Below, in pieces: positions 7,553 through 17,228 of a DNA stretch of 24,000 bases (position 1 is the stretch's first letter; each line of letters opens with the position of its first letter). The notes beneath the pieces are model-generated. The model made no database searches and had not been told where the DNA came from. It was given only the letters and a program-made list of their open reading frames with translations. The position numbers and the translations under genes were made by a program. The stretch is from an uncultured Desulfobacterales bacterium. GTDB lineage: Bacteria; Desulfobacterota; Desulfobacteria; Desulfobacterales; SURF-7. The stretch is from NCBI GenBank assembly GCA_964578935.1, contig CAZOEW010000018.1, positions 6,340-30,339 of the forward strand, written 5' to 3'.

Positions 7553-8475
7553 GAATAACCAAATTTCCGCAACGCTTTTGTATCTTTGCTCCAGTTTTTC
7601 TGGATCCGGACAAACAGTTTTAAAAAAACGTGGGTTCCAACCAGTCTCTCAATATCTTTCCGGGCATCTTCACCGATTTTTTTAAGCTTGCTTCCTTTTT
7701 TTCCAATAATGATGCCCTTCTGGGAGTCATGCTCCAGGTGAATGGTAGCGTCAATTCGGATCAGCTCCCCATTCTTTTCCTCTGAAAAACGATCAATGGT
7801 TACGGCGGTGGAATAGGGTATTTCCTGGCCTGTCAGCCGAAACACCTTTTCACGAATCATCTCGGCGGCTATAAACCGTTCCGATATGTCGGTAAGGGTT
7901 TCTTCCGGAAAGTAGGGAGGTCCCTGCGGCAGCAGGGCTTCCATTGAATTCAGAAGTGCTTCAACCTGGGTGCCCTGTTTGGCCGAAATGGGAATAACCG
8001 CTTTAAAGGGATATGCTTTTGACCAGTTGTCTATGAATTCAAGCAACCGGTTTTTCTGAATCAGATCGATCTTATTCAAAGCCAGAATTACAGGCTTTTT
8101 TTGTTTTTTCAGCTGTTGTACCAAAAAGGCCTCAGAATCCGGAAGCGGTTTTGAGACATCTGCAATGGCGAGAATGATATCGCCGTCGCTGATTGCGGTA
8201 ATGGCCTCATCCACCATTTTCATATTTAAAGGATCTCTTGGTTTGTGTAAACCGGGCGTGTCCAGAAAAACAAGCTGTGACGATTGCCTGTGAACCACCC
8301 CCAGAATCCGGTTTCTCGTGGTCTGGGGTTTTTGGGATGTGATGGAAATTTTTTCGCCAAGAAGGTGGTTCAGAAGCGTTGACTTTCCCACATTTGGCGC
8401 TCCGGCAATGGTAATGAAGCCGGATCTGAAATTGCCTGCTGACTGTTTGTGATCGGTCATTGTTTGTTCCTGCAT
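7549..8475 (-). CDS. era: GTPase Era
   Basis: G1 motif GAPNVGKST, G2 TTRNRI, G3 DTPG and G4 NKID are present, plus a C-terminal KH domain (IIIGKKGSKLKKIG). An alternative start is the ATG at 8460. Confidence 0.95.
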   Translation of the reverse strand: MQEQTMTDHKQSAGNFRSGFITIAGAPNVGKSTLLNHLLGEKISITSQKPQTTRNRILGVVHRQSSQLVFLDTPGLHKPRDPLNMKMVDEAITAISDGDIILAIADVSKPLPDSEAFLVQQLKKQKKPVILALNKIDLIQKNRLLEFIDNWSKAYPFKAVIPISAKQGTQVEALLNSMEALLPQGPPYFPEETLTDISERFIAAEMIREKVFRLTGQEIPYSTAVTIDRFSEEKNGELIRIDATIHLEHDSQKGIIIGKKGSKLKKIGEDARKDIERLVGTHVFLKLFVRIQKNWSKDTKALRKFGYS

Positions 8476-8496
8476 GGTTCTCGTATGGTTCGACTT

Positions 8497-9096
8497 TTAG
8501 TGATCGGGTGTTTCGTCCTGGACCAGCCTTGAAATTTCATCCCAGACCCGCTCTTTCCCCTGTCTGGATTTTGCGGAAAACAGGAGGAGGTCTTCCGGGT
8601 CGATTTGAAGTGCTTCTGCAGCCTGCTTTTGCTGTAATGCCTGTTGGCTTTTTTTCAATTTATCCGTTTTTGTCATAACCGGGAGGCAGGGAATGCCATA
8701 ATGATATAACCAGTTGATGAGATCCGACTCCTGTCGGCCCGGGGTGCGCCGAAGATCCATGATGAGAACAACCCCTTTTAACGTGCTTCGGGTCGACAGA
8801 TAGGTTTCAATCATGGGACCCCATTCTTTTTGTATTTTTTCCGGCACACGGGCATAGCCGAATCCAGGGAGGTCCACAAACATTAACGACTGGTTGATAT
8901 TGAAAAAATTGATAAGCTGCGTCCGTCCCGGAGTTGAGCTTGTCTTGACAAGTTTTTTACGGTTGACAAGTGTATTGATCAGCGAGGATTTTCCCACATT
9001 GGAGCGTCCTGCAAAAGCGATTTCAGGCAGTTGGGCCGGCGGGTAGTGGGATTGTCTGACTGCACTTGTAACAAATTCAGCGGATGTGATGATCAT
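8497..9096 (-). CDS. engB: Ribosome-biogenesis GTP-binding protein EngB/YihA/YsxC
   Basis: The protein has EIAFAGRSNVGKSSLINTL (G1), PGRTQ, DLPGFGYA (G3) and TKTDK (G4). Its length of 199 aa is typical. Confidence 0.95.
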   Translation of the reverse strand: MIITSAEFVTSAVRQSHYPPAQLPEIAFAGRSNVGKSSLINTLVNRKKLVKTSSTPGRTQLINFFNINQSLMFVDLPGFGYARVPEKIQKEWGPMIETYLSTRSTLKGVVLIMDLRRTPGRQESDLINWLYHYGIPCLPVMTKTDKLKKSQQALQQKQAAEALQIDPEDLLLFSAKSRQGKERVWDEISRLVQDETPDH

Positions 9097-9105
9097 TTTT
9101 TTGTA

Positions 9106-10248
9106 TTACCTTGCGAGATAATGTTCAATTCGATTCATTCCTTCAACAATGTTGTCCATGGAGTTTGCATAGGAAAACCGGATATAGCCTTCTCCATTTT
9201 TTCCAAAATCAATCCCCGGGGTGACGCCGACATGAGCGGTCTCCAGAATATCAAAGGCCAGTTTGTAGGAATTTTCCGAGAACTGTCCTGCATTGGCAAA
9301 AATATAAAAAGCACCGGTAGGCGGAACCGTAATGCCGAAACCCATTTCCCGGAGGCGCTCGATCATATAAAGCCGGCGTTCGTTGTAAATTTTCTTCATA
9401 TGCCTTACGTCATCATCCGCCTTTTCAAGGGCGGTGATTCCAGCCTTCTGGACAATGGAATTTGCAGATATAAAAAAGTTCTGCTGCAGTTTTTGAATGG
9501 GCCTTATGAAAGGCCTGGGAGCGATCAGATACCCGAGTCTGAGGCCGGTCATGGCGTACAGTTTTGAAAATCCGTTTAGCACAAAGCAGTTATCCGTAAA
9601 TTCCAGGATGGAATGTGCCTGGTCTTCATATACGAGGCCGTGGTATATTTCATCGGACACAATAAATGGGGCGAATTCGGAAATCGCTTTCATCCGGTTC
9701 TCTGAGAGCAGGTTCCCGGTTGGATTGGAGGGGGAATTGATAAATATGGCCTTGGTGTTTCGGGAAATTTTTTCCCGGATCGCTTCAGGCCGGTACTGAA
9801 AGCCATCCTCTTCATAAACTGGGACCAATACAGGTCTGCCCTGCATGAATCGAATGAAATTGGGATAACAGGCATAGTGGGGATCTGAGATAATCACCTC
9901 GTCCCCCTTCTCAAGCAGGGCGGAGAAAAGAAGCAGCATGGCAGGGGATGTCCCGGATGTGATTATAATCTGTTCCGGATCGATGTCTACATGATAGGTT
10001 TTTTTATAATACCTGCAAATCGCCTCCCGAAGATCCATGCTCCCCAAGCTGTGGGTGTAATGCGTATGTCCTTGTTCGAGAGCCTGGATCGCACTTTCCC
10101 GGATGCACCGGGGAGTGTCGAAATCAGGTTCTCCCACCTCCAGGTGGACAACATGAATACCTTGCCGCTCCATGGCTTTGGCGCGTTCGAGTACATCCAT
10201 GACAATAAAGGGGGGCATTTCTCTTGCCCTCCTGGCTACGGTTTTCAT
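9106..10248 (-). CDS. Pyridoxal-phosphate-dependent aminotransferase, class I (aspartate/aromatic aminotransferase-like)
   Basis: Family blocks are present: HLEVGEPDFDTP, SPSNPTG and FSKLYAMTGLRLGY (PLP-lysine block). The ORF track begins at 10266, but the second ATG at 10248 is preceded by GGAGACAGGA and is my preferred start. Confidence 0.9.
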   Translation of the reverse strand: MKTVARRAREMPPFIVMDVLERAKAMERQGIHVVHLEVGEPDFDTPRCIRESAIQALEQGHTHYTHSLGSMDLREAICRYYKKTYHVDIDPEQIIITSGTSPAMLLLFSALLEKGDEVIISDPHYACYPNFIRFMQGRPVLVPVYEEDGFQYRPEAIREKISRNTKAIFINSPSNPTGNLLSENRMKAISEFAPFIVSDEIYHGLVYEDQAHSILEFTDNCFVLNGFSKLYAMTGLRLGYLIAPRPFIRPIQKLQQNFFISANSIVQKAGITALEKADDDVRHMKKIYNERRLYMIERLREMGFGITVPPTGAFYIFANAGQFSENSYKLAFDILETAHVGVTPGIDFGKNGEGYIRFSYANSMDNIVEGMNRIEHYLAR

Positions 10249-10413
10249 TCCTGTCTCCACATACATCTACCTTGCGAATACCGAACATGACAAGCGGTTT
10301 CAAACCCGGTTTAAAAAATTATCCTGATAGCTTTGAATCAAGTCTTTGCGAGCGGGACGAAAAAATTATTCAACGTGGCGAACAGCGTGAATAACAGGTT
10401 TTAAAATCAGCTT

Positions 10414-11289
10414 CTATACAACTTTATTCAGGGGATATTCAATAATGCCTTCCGCGCCTCCCTTTAACAGCTTTGGAATCAGCCTACGTACTTCTTCCGA
10501 ATCAACTACGGTTTCCACCGAAAACCAGTCAGACTGATAAAGATGAGCCACGGTCGGAGCATGGAGGCTTGGAAGCAGAGCGACAATCTTCTGGATTGAC
10601 GTCTCCGGAACATTCATTTTAAGGCCGACAAGCTTTTCACCCAGCAGCGCACCTTTTAAAAGCAGCGCCATCTGTTCGATTTTTTCTCTTTTGCATGGAT
10701 CTTTCCAGGATTCATGGTTGGCAATCAACTGAGTATTGGTCTGCATGAGTTCATGGATGACCCGAAGCCCATGCGCTTTGATGGTGCTTTCGGTTTCCGT
10801 GATTTCAACAATGGCATCGGCAAGACCGGACACAACCTTTGCTTCTGTAGCGCCCCAGGAAAATTCGACTTTTACGTTGATTCCATGTGACCTGAAAAAT
10901 CGTTTTGTAAACCCCACAAGTTCGGTTGATATTTTTTTGCCTTCAAGATCCTTGAGGGTTTTTATGGGAGAATCATATGCAACCGCCAGAACCCAGCGCG
11001 CCGGCCGGGTGCTCACTTTTGAGTATACAAGATCGGTGACCACATGGATATCGGATTTGTTTTCGGCTATCCAGTCTTTGCCGGTAAGTCCGGCATCCAG
11101 TGCTCCGTTTTCAATATTGATTGACATCTCCTGAGCGCGGCAGAGGGCGCACTCTATTGAATCGTCATTAATTTCGGGAAAATAGCTCCTTCCGCTTACC
11201 GTGATTTTCCATCCGGAACGGCGAAACAGGGAAATCGTAGCCTCCTGAAGGCTGCCCTTGGGGATTCCGAGCTTTAGGGTTTTTTTCAT
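10414..11289 (-). CDS. hisG: ATP phosphoribosyltransferase, long form
   Basis: [18 protein letters not shown] at the N-terminus is the HisG signature. The 291-aa length matches the long, HisZ-independent form with a C-terminal regulatory domain. Confidence 0.93.
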   Translation of the reverse strand: MKKTLKLGIPKGSLQEATISLFRRSGWKITVSGRSYFPEINDDSIECALCRAQEMSINIENGALDAGLTGKDWIAENKSDIHVVTDLVYSKVSTRPARWVLAVAYDSPIKTLKDLEGKKISTELVGFTKRFFRSHGINVKVEFSWGATEAKVVSGLADAIVEITETESTIKAHGLRVIHELMQTNTQLIANHESWKDPCKREKIEQMALLLKGALLGEKLVGLKMNVPETSIQKIVALLPSLHAPTVAHLYQSDWFSVETVVDSEEVRRLIPKLLKGGAEGIIEYPLNKVV

Positions 11290-11666
11290 TTTTTATATAC
11301 CTCCTCAGGGTCGAACAGGGGCTTTCCTGTAATTGTGACAGATCCGTTTTCAATTTTTTTATGGAAGCAGGATTTATGGCCGGTATGGCAGGCGGCGCTT
11401 CCAACCTGTTTTATTTTCAGCAGAACACTGTCATTATCACAATCTACCCGGATCTCTTTTACGATCTGAACGTTGCCGGATGTTTCTCCTTTGATCCAGA
11501 GTTTTTGACGACTTCGGCTGAAATATGAAGCCCTTCCGGTTGCAAGCGTTGACTCCCAGGCTTCTTTGTTCATAAATGCGAGCATCAATACTTCTCCTGT
11601 TTCAAAATCCTGTACGATTGCAGGAACCAGTCCATTCAATTTGCTGAAATCAAGCGCTATCTCCAT
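11286..11666 (-). CDS. hisI: Phosphoribosyl-AMP cyclohydrolase (monofunctional HisI)
   Basis: GLVPAIVQD...MLAFMNKEA...[18 protein letters not shown]...[27 protein letters not shown] is the classical HisI pattern. The gene overlaps the hisG start by 4 nt. Confidence 0.95.
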   Translation of the reverse strand: MEIALDFSKLNGLVPAIVQDFETGEVLMLAFMNKEAWESTLATGRASYFSRSRQKLWIKGETSGNVQIVKEIRVDCDNDSVLLKIKQVGSAACHTGHKSCFHKKIENGSVTITGKPLFDPEEVYKK

Positions 11667-11884
11667 TAAAATTCCCTTTACGGTCCAGAAAGTTGAGGCC
11701 CTTATTTTTAAAAAATTTTTCTGTTTAGGCCCTTTTTACACCAAAGTCAATCGGTTTTCAATGCGGAACTCAAAATTCAGCAGTTGCCGATTTTGAATCC
11801 TGACTTGCTTAATCGAATGATATCTGATAGCAAAAAGCCCTAATGAATTTAGTGGATTTGTTTATATGAAGGCGTTTACAGGAC

Positions 11885-14290
11885 ATGATAAAAAGAAAAA
11901 GTAATTCACGGATACTGGAAAAAAGGGCGCGAAGGGAACAACGCGGGGTAGGATCCAAAATCGGTTGGTTTATGATCCTGCTGTTCATTATTCTGGCAAG
12001 CATCGGGAGTCTGACGATTACCGGGTATTATTATTATCTTCAGGAGAATTTGCCTAAAATAACCTCACTGAAAGATTATCTCCCTCCGATCATTACAATG
12101 GTATATTCTGATGATGGACGGAAGATTGCAGAATTTTATAAGGAACGCCGAGAGATTGTTCCCCTTTCGGAAACACCTCAGATTTTGATTGATGCATTTG
12201 TCTCGGCAGAGGATGCAAGATTTTTCAAGCATGAAGGAATTGATTTTTTAAGTGTTGTCCGTGCGATGTTTAAAAACATTGAAGCCGGCACAATTGTACA
12301 GGGTGGCAGCACGATCACCCAGCAGGTAACCAAATCCTTTTTCCTTACACCTGAAAGAAGCTATACGCGTAAGATCAAGGAGGCGATTCTTTCCTACAGA
12401 ATCGATAAAAAGTTTACCAAGGAAGAGATTCTTTTCTTGTATTTGAATCAGATCTATCTCGGGCATGGCGCATACGGCATTGGAGCGGCGGCTCAGAATT
12501 ATTTCGGGAAGCAGGTTCAGGATTTGAATCTGGCTGAATGCGCTGTGCTCGCGGGACTGCCCCAGGCACCAAGCAAGTATTCACCGTTCAGATTTCCTGA
12601 AAGAGCCAGAAAGCGGCAGATATATGTTTTAAACAGGATGCTGGCGGAAGAATATATTACCAATATTCAGGCTACGGAAGCGATCAATACAAAGCTCGAT
12701 ATCAAGCCTAAAAAAAATTGGTACATCGAGGAGGCGCCCTGGTATACCGAGCATGTTCGGCGCTATATTGAAAAGAAATATGGAACGGAAGCGCTATATA
12801 AGGATGGGCTGAAAATATATACAGCGGTTAATGTCGAAATGCAGAAGATCGCGGAAGAAGAGATTGACAAGGGGCTGAGACAACTGGATAAACGTATGGG
12901 CTATCGAGGTCCTCTCCTGCAGCTTTCCCCTGAAAAAATTGAAGGTTTCGCGGCAGAATTGCAGGCAGACCCGGAAGAATCAGCTCTTGAAGCCGGGGAT
13001 ATAACCAGGGCAATTGTCATCGCGGTGGACAATACGAACAATCTGGTAACAATCCGGTTTGGGAACGGGCTTGGCAGAATTCAGATCGAGGATATGTCCT
13101 GGGCCAGAAAACCAAATCAGGATGTGGATTATCGGAGTGCAGCAATCAAACAACCAGGCGAGGCGCTTCAAGTCGGAGATGTGATTCATGTCCTGTTGAA
13201 GGGGAAGTCGGAAGAAGAAGATATATGGGAATGCGCTTTGGAACAGCTTCCTGTTGCGCAGTCTGCACTCTTGTGTATTGAAGGGGAAACCGGGCATGTC
13301 AAAGCGATGATCGGCGGAAGGAGTTTCAGGAAAAGTCAGTTCAACCGGGCGATTCAGTCAAGGCGACAGCCGGGATCAGCATTTAAACCGATTATCTATT
13401 CAGCAGCGCTTGACAAAAATTATACCGCTGCAACAGAGATTCTGGATACCCCGATTGTTTTCAAAGACATAGAGCGTGACTTTACCTGGAAGCCGAAGAA
13501 TTATGAAGAAAAATTTTTCGGCCCCACCTTGTTCCGGGAGGCTCTTGAAAAATCACATAATATCGTAACCATCAAAATTTTGAAAGATATCGGTGTTGAT
13601 TATGTAATCGATTATGCCAGAAGGCTGGGAATCGAATCCAACTTAAACAGGGACCTTTCCATTGCACTCGGATCCTCGGGAGTATCACTTCTTGAAATTG
13701 TCAGTGCGTATTCAGTTTTTTCAAATCTTGGCAACCGGGTGGAGCCGATATTTATAACAAAAATCGTAGACAGAGACGGAGTTGTTCTGGAAGAAAACCT
13801 GCCGAAAAGAGAGCAGGTGATCGATAAGAGCACCGCATATATCATGACCAATCTTCTGGAAGGAGTGGTTAAACATGGTACAGGAAAAAAGATACGAGCA
13901 CTGAAAAGGCCGGTGGCCGGCAAGACCGGGACGACAAACAATCTTTTCGATGCCTGGTTTGTTGGATATACTCCCGGATATGTTACCGGAACATGGGTGG
14001 GGTTTGACGAAGAGCAATCTCTTGGAAAAGGAGAAACCGGCTCAAGGGCGGCAAGCCCGATCTGGCTCGGATTCATGGAAAGAATCCTGAAAGATAAGCC
14101 TGTTCGGGTATTTCAGGTCCCGGAGGGAGTTGTCTTTTCAAAGATAGATGCCGAAACCGGAAAATTGCCTATTCCGGAGTCGAAAAAAACAATATTCGAG
14201 TGTTTTAAAGAGGGAACCGTTCCTACGGAGTATACTAAAAAACCCGGTTCCGTGACAGAGGCGGAGCAGTTCTTTAAAAACGGTATTTAG
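11885..14290 (+). CDS. mrcA: Penicillin-binding protein 1A (class A bifunctional transglycosylase/transpeptidase)
   Basis: The protein has an N-terminal TM anchor. GT51 motifs are EDARFFKHEGID, GGSTITQQ and RKIKE. Transpeptidase motifs are SAFKP (SxxK), SHN (the SxN motif) and KTGTTN. Confidence 0.95.
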   Translation: MIKRKSNSRILEKRARREQRGVGSKIGWFMILLFIILASIGSLTITGYYYYLQENLPKITSLKDYLPPIITMVYSDDGRKIAEFYKERREIVPLSETPQILIDAFVSAEDARFFKHEGIDFLSVVRAMFKNIEAGTIVQGGSTITQQVTKSFFLTPERSYTRKIKEAILSYRIDKKFTKEEILFLYLNQIYLGHGAYGIGAAAQNYFGKQVQDLNLAECAVLAGLPQAPSKYSPFRFPERARKRQIYVLNRMLAEEYITNIQATEAINTKLDIKPKKNWYIEEAPWYTEHVRRYIEKKYGTEALYKDGLKIYTAVNVEMQKIAEEEIDKGLRQLDKRMGYRGPLLQLSPEKIEGFAAELQADPEESALEAGDITRAIVIAVDNTNNLVTIRFGNGLGRIQIEDMSWARKPNQDVDYRSAAIKQPGEALQVGDVIHVLLKGKSEEEDIWECALEQLPVAQSALLCIEGETGHVKAMIGGRSFRKSQFNRAIQSRRQPGSAFKPIIYSAALDKNYTAATEILDTPIVFKDIERDFTWKPKNYEEKFFGPTLFREALEKSHNIVTIKILKDIGVDYVIDYARRLGIESNLNRDLSIALGSSGVSLLEIVSAYSVFSNLGNRVEPIFITKIVDRDGVVLEENLPKREQVIDKSTAYIMTNLLEGVVKHGTGKKIRALKRPVAGKTGTTNNLFDAWFVGYTPGYVTGTWVGFDEEQSLGKGETGSRAASPIWLGFMERILKDKPVRVFQVPEGVVFSKIDAETGKLPIPESKKTIFECFKEGTVPTEYTKKPGSVTEAEQFFKNGI

Positions 14291-14341
14291 AACCATTGCC
14301 CGTAATCTGGATTCTTTACCTGCGGGATGATACCGGCGATG

Positions 14342-15247
14342 TTATCTGAAACGGAGGTCGGACAGGTGTCGTTTGAAGAAATCGGTCTGATCGGCAACAC
14401 TTTGTTTAAAATCATCATTTTGGTAAATGTCGAAATGGCCGATTGGGTAACGCTTTACTTCCGCAAGAGGGCCGATGGCTGAAGCTGTTTTTTCAGCGAC
14501 CTCGATTGGCGCCACGCTGTCTTTTTCGCAGATCTGGATCAGGGCGGGGCACCGGACCTTCCGGGCGTGTTTAATGGGCCGATAGCTCCCCACCTGAAGG
14601 CCGATACGGGCGCAGACTTCGTTTAGAAAGTCTTCCGGAACAAGGGCTTTGTACCCTTCATAGGCGTCCGGCGTTGTCATGGCTGCAATGCTTCCGGGCG
14701 GACCGACAATGCTCATCATATGGGGTTTCAGGCCGATCCAGGCTCCAATCTGATCTCGAAGCCCGTGGCCGATCATTCGCAATGAGTTGGATACTCCGCC
14801 TGTTCGAAGGGCGCTGCTGGTAGCGGCCAGGCCATCCATCATGGGGCATTGGGCCGATATGCAGGCAATGTCTTTGTCCTGAGCGGCAATCACAACGACA
14901 TGACCTCCGCTGAAAGAGGTTCCCCATAGCGCAATCCGGTTTGAGTCGATTTCAGGAATCATGCGCACAAAGGAAACAGCTGCACGCCAGTCCTCCAATT
15001 GACGGTGAATCGACAAGAGCTGACGGGGCTCTCCCTGGCTGTCTCCGAAATGACGATAGTCAAACACCAGAACGGCAAACCCGGCCTGTTGAAAGTGTTC
15101 CGCATAGGGCTCAAGGCCGGCTGTTTTGGTTCCTCCAAATCCGTGTGCCATAACGATGCAAGGAGCAGGAGTTCCTTCCTCTTCCGGAAGAAAAAACCAT
15201 GCTTTCAGTGTTTCACCGGCACAGGTAAAGGTGATCTCTTGTTTCAT
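14342..15247 (-). CDS. Alpha/beta-fold hydrolase
   Basis: The 301-aa protein has VMAHGFGG (oxyanion region), the nucleophile elbow GTSFSGG (GxSxG) and a C-terminal IGHFD, a candidate catalytic His. Confidence 0.8.
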   Translation of the reverse strand: MKQEITFTCAGETLKAWFFLPEEEGTPAPCIVMAHGFGGTKTAGLEPYAEHFQQAGFAVLVFDYRHFGDSQGEPRQLLSIHRQLEDWRAAVSFVRMIPEIDSNRIALWGTSFSGGHVVVIAAQDKDIACISAQCPMMDGLAATSSALRTGGVSNSLRMIGHGLRDQIGAWIGLKPHMMSIVGPPGSIAAMTTPDAYEGYKALVPEDFLNEVCARIGLQVGSYRPIKHARKVRCPALIQICEKDSVAPIEVAEKTASAIGPLAEVKRYPIGHFDIYQNDDFKQSVADQTDFFKRHLSDLRFR

Positions 15248-15551
15248 GGAAGGGCGCTCCTTGTCCGTATAAAGTTTTCTTTATTTTTAGCAAAAAAACA
15301 TAGTTAGAGCGTGTCTGTCAACCGGAAAATTGAAATTTCGTTGATTTTGTTACAGCGCTGTTTGAAGTCGTTTCCTTTCCTGCTGAGAGATGGACGCCTT
15401 ACCAAAGAGATGGATTTTCAGATTTTATTCAACTCCAGTCAAAAGCGAATGTTTTAAAACGGGTGGTTGATATTTATCGTTTTTTAGCAGATTCCTATTG
15501 AAGCGAAGCGTCAAAGTTGATACTTCAAAACATTTGGTGGCGATTTACGGT

Positions 15552-15560
15552 TGATATAAT
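15552..15560 (+). promoter_or_regulatory. Candidate extended -10 promoter element (TGaTATAAT) upstream of usp
   Basis: TG at 15552-15553 and a perfect TATAAT at 15555-15560, ~90 nt upstream of the preferred usp start. No convincing -35 is present, which is compatible with the extended -10 class. Confidence 0.35.
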
Positions 15561-15566
15561 GCCAAC

Positions 15567-15609
15567 CCGGCAGAGGGAATATCTGGGAAAAAAGGACCAC
15601 GTCTGCCGG
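15567..15609 (+). promoter_or_regulatory. Stem-loop in the putative usp leader
   Basis: CCGGCAGA (15567-15574) is the exact reverse complement of TCTGCCGG (15602-15609), with a 27-nt A/G-rich loop. It lies between the candidate -10 and the usp SD. Confidence 0.3.
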
Positions 15610-15648
15610 CAATTGTGATTTACGTTTATGATAAGCAGGAGAGAAAGC

Positions 15649-16185
15649 ATGACGCTACGTAAAGTAGAAATAGACAGAATCCTTTTCGCCACAGATCTTT
15701 CCGATCATTCGCGCTATGCATTTGCATATGCAGTGAGTCTTGCCAATTTATACGAAGCACAGCTTATTATTCTGCATGTACAATCCGATGAACCCTGGCT
15801 GGATGAGAAACTTACCGGTGATGAAGGTGAAAAAAAATGGGAAGAGGTTAAAAATCAGAATTTGATTGACGCACGCGAGGCCCTGATCGGTAAAAAAAAG
15901 CAGAGCGAGACGATACGGCGGGTGTTAAATCATTTTTGTGATGGAGAATCTGCATGTTTCGGAGAGAATGGATTTATAAAAGATGAGATTCTGATCAAAT
16001 CCGGAAATCCCGCGGACGAAATCCTTGCGCAGGTGGCTGAAAAGCAATGCGGTTTGATTGTCATCGGCGGGTATGGCCAGGAAAGCAACAGGGAAAAAGG
16101 CATCGGTGCGACAGTTGAGCAGGTACTTAAAAGATCCAATATTCCGGTGATGATGGTGAGGCTTCCCGAAGGCAAGAAGGAATAG
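15649..16185 (+). CDS. Universal stress protein (UspA family)
   Basis: ILFATDLSDHSRYAFAYAVSLA...LIILHV at the N-terminus and GLIVIGGYG...GATVEQVLKRSNIPVMMV at the C-terminus form the Usp ATP-binding G-x2-G-x9-G(S/T)-like region. The ORF track starts at 15628, but the ATG at 15649 follows AGGAGAGAAAGC (SD) and is preferred. Confidence 0.85.
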   Translation: MTLRKVEIDRILFATDLSDHSRYAFAYAVSLANLYEAQLIILHVQSDEPWLDEKLTGDEGEKKWEEVKNQNLIDAREALIGKKKQSETIRRVLNHFCDGESACFGENGFIKDEILIKSGNPADEILAQVAEKQCGLIVIGGYGQESNREKGIGATVEQVLKRSNIPVMMVRLPEGKKE

Positions 16186-16187
16186 TC

Positions 16188-17228
16188 TTATTCAGCAGGT
16201 ATTTCTACTTCCAGCTGATCTTCCCCGAATCTCTCATTTGAACGAACAGCTATGTTTTTCAGCTCGAAATCATTTTTCAAAATTTTAATGTTTTGATTTT
16301 TTAGTCCCCTCATTTTGGAGATACTCCGCGGATGAACGTGGATCACGATGTTTTTTCCTTTTATGTCCTTTTGATTCTTTAAAATATTTTCAACCTGTTC
16401 CAGAAAAATTTCAGAAAATACCATGTGGCCAAAAGCCGGGTGGTAAGGACCTGCTATAATATTTTCACCATGATCTAAATCAGAAGAGGCCTGAAGACCA
16501 ATCCGGATGACCGGGATACCTCTCTGGTTAAAAAGTTTGTAGATTTTTTTAACAAGGGATACGCTTTCATGCAGCGACATGGGTGAATAACTGCCGCTTC
16601 TGTAGGATTCTGCAAGCGGACTGCCTGCAAGCACGATGGTGGGATAGATTCGAATGAAATCCGGTAAAAGATCGGCGAGTTGATGTGCCGTCGCAAGAGA
16701 TCGTTTTTCGCTGTCATCGGGAAGTCCCGTCATCATCTGCAAGCCCAGTTTGAAGCCTCGTTCTTTGACCAGGCTGGCTGCTTTTGCTGTATCTCCTGCG
16801 GTATGCCCCCGGTTTGATTTGAGAAGCACATGGTCATCCATTGACTGGGCACCAAGTTCGATTGTGGAGACTGTAAATTGTTGAATCGCATCAAGTCGTT
16901 GTTCATCTATTGTATCCGGGCGGGTTGAGAATCTGATGCTTTCCACCTTTCCGGAATCAATGAACTTTTCCGCTTCGGTAAGCAACGCGTGGATCGTTTT
17001 GCGTTGAAGCCCCAGGAAATTTCCACCGTAAAATGCAATCTGAACCGGTTTTTTCCTGTCTTTTTTATAGGAGAGATAGGTATTTATTTTTTGGATCAGC
17101 GTTTCTTTTGATGAAAAAAAAGAGGTAGTTCCTGTAATGGTAACCTGATTGCAGAATGCGCATTGATGGGAGCACCCCTGATGGGGAATAAATATCGGAA
17201 TGATAAACGGAGCGTTGGAGAAATTCAT
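16188..17228 (-). CDS. Radical SAM protein (Elp3/HemN-like core, function unknown)
   Basis: CSHQCAFCNQ (CX3CX2C) lies near the N-terminus, with a downstream GGNF-type block (FYGGNFLG). The start abuts the rnc stop with no gap (17228/17229). Confidence 0.85.
   Translation of the reverse strand: MNFSNAPFIIPIFIPHQGCSHQCAFCNQVTITGTTSFFSSKETLIQKINTYLSYKKDRKKPVQIAFYGGNFLGLQRKTIHALLTEAEKFIDSGKVESIRFSTRPDTIDEQRLDAIQQFTVSTIELGAQSMDDHVLLKSNRGHTAGDTAKAASLVKERGFKLGLQMMTGLPDDSEKRSLATAHQLADLLPDFIRIYPTIVLAGSPLAESYRSGSYSPMSLHESVSLVKKIYKLFNQRGIPVIRIGLQASSDLDHGENIIAGPYHPAFGHMVFSEIFLEQVENILKNQKDIKGKNIVIHVHPRSISKMRGLKNQNIKILKNDFELKNIAVRSNERFGEDQLEVEIPAE

Noticed and set aside
11168-11404. 78-aa minus-strand ORF spanning the hisI/hisG junction
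   Set aside because: It is an out-of-frame overlap of two genes with unmistakable His-pathway signatures.
16183-16190. Convergent usp and radical-SAM genes whose stop codons are separated by only 2 nt, leaving no room for terminators
   Set aside because: The arrangement is real, but it is a common compaction feature. There is no hairpin or other signal to interpret beyond possible 3' transcript overlap.
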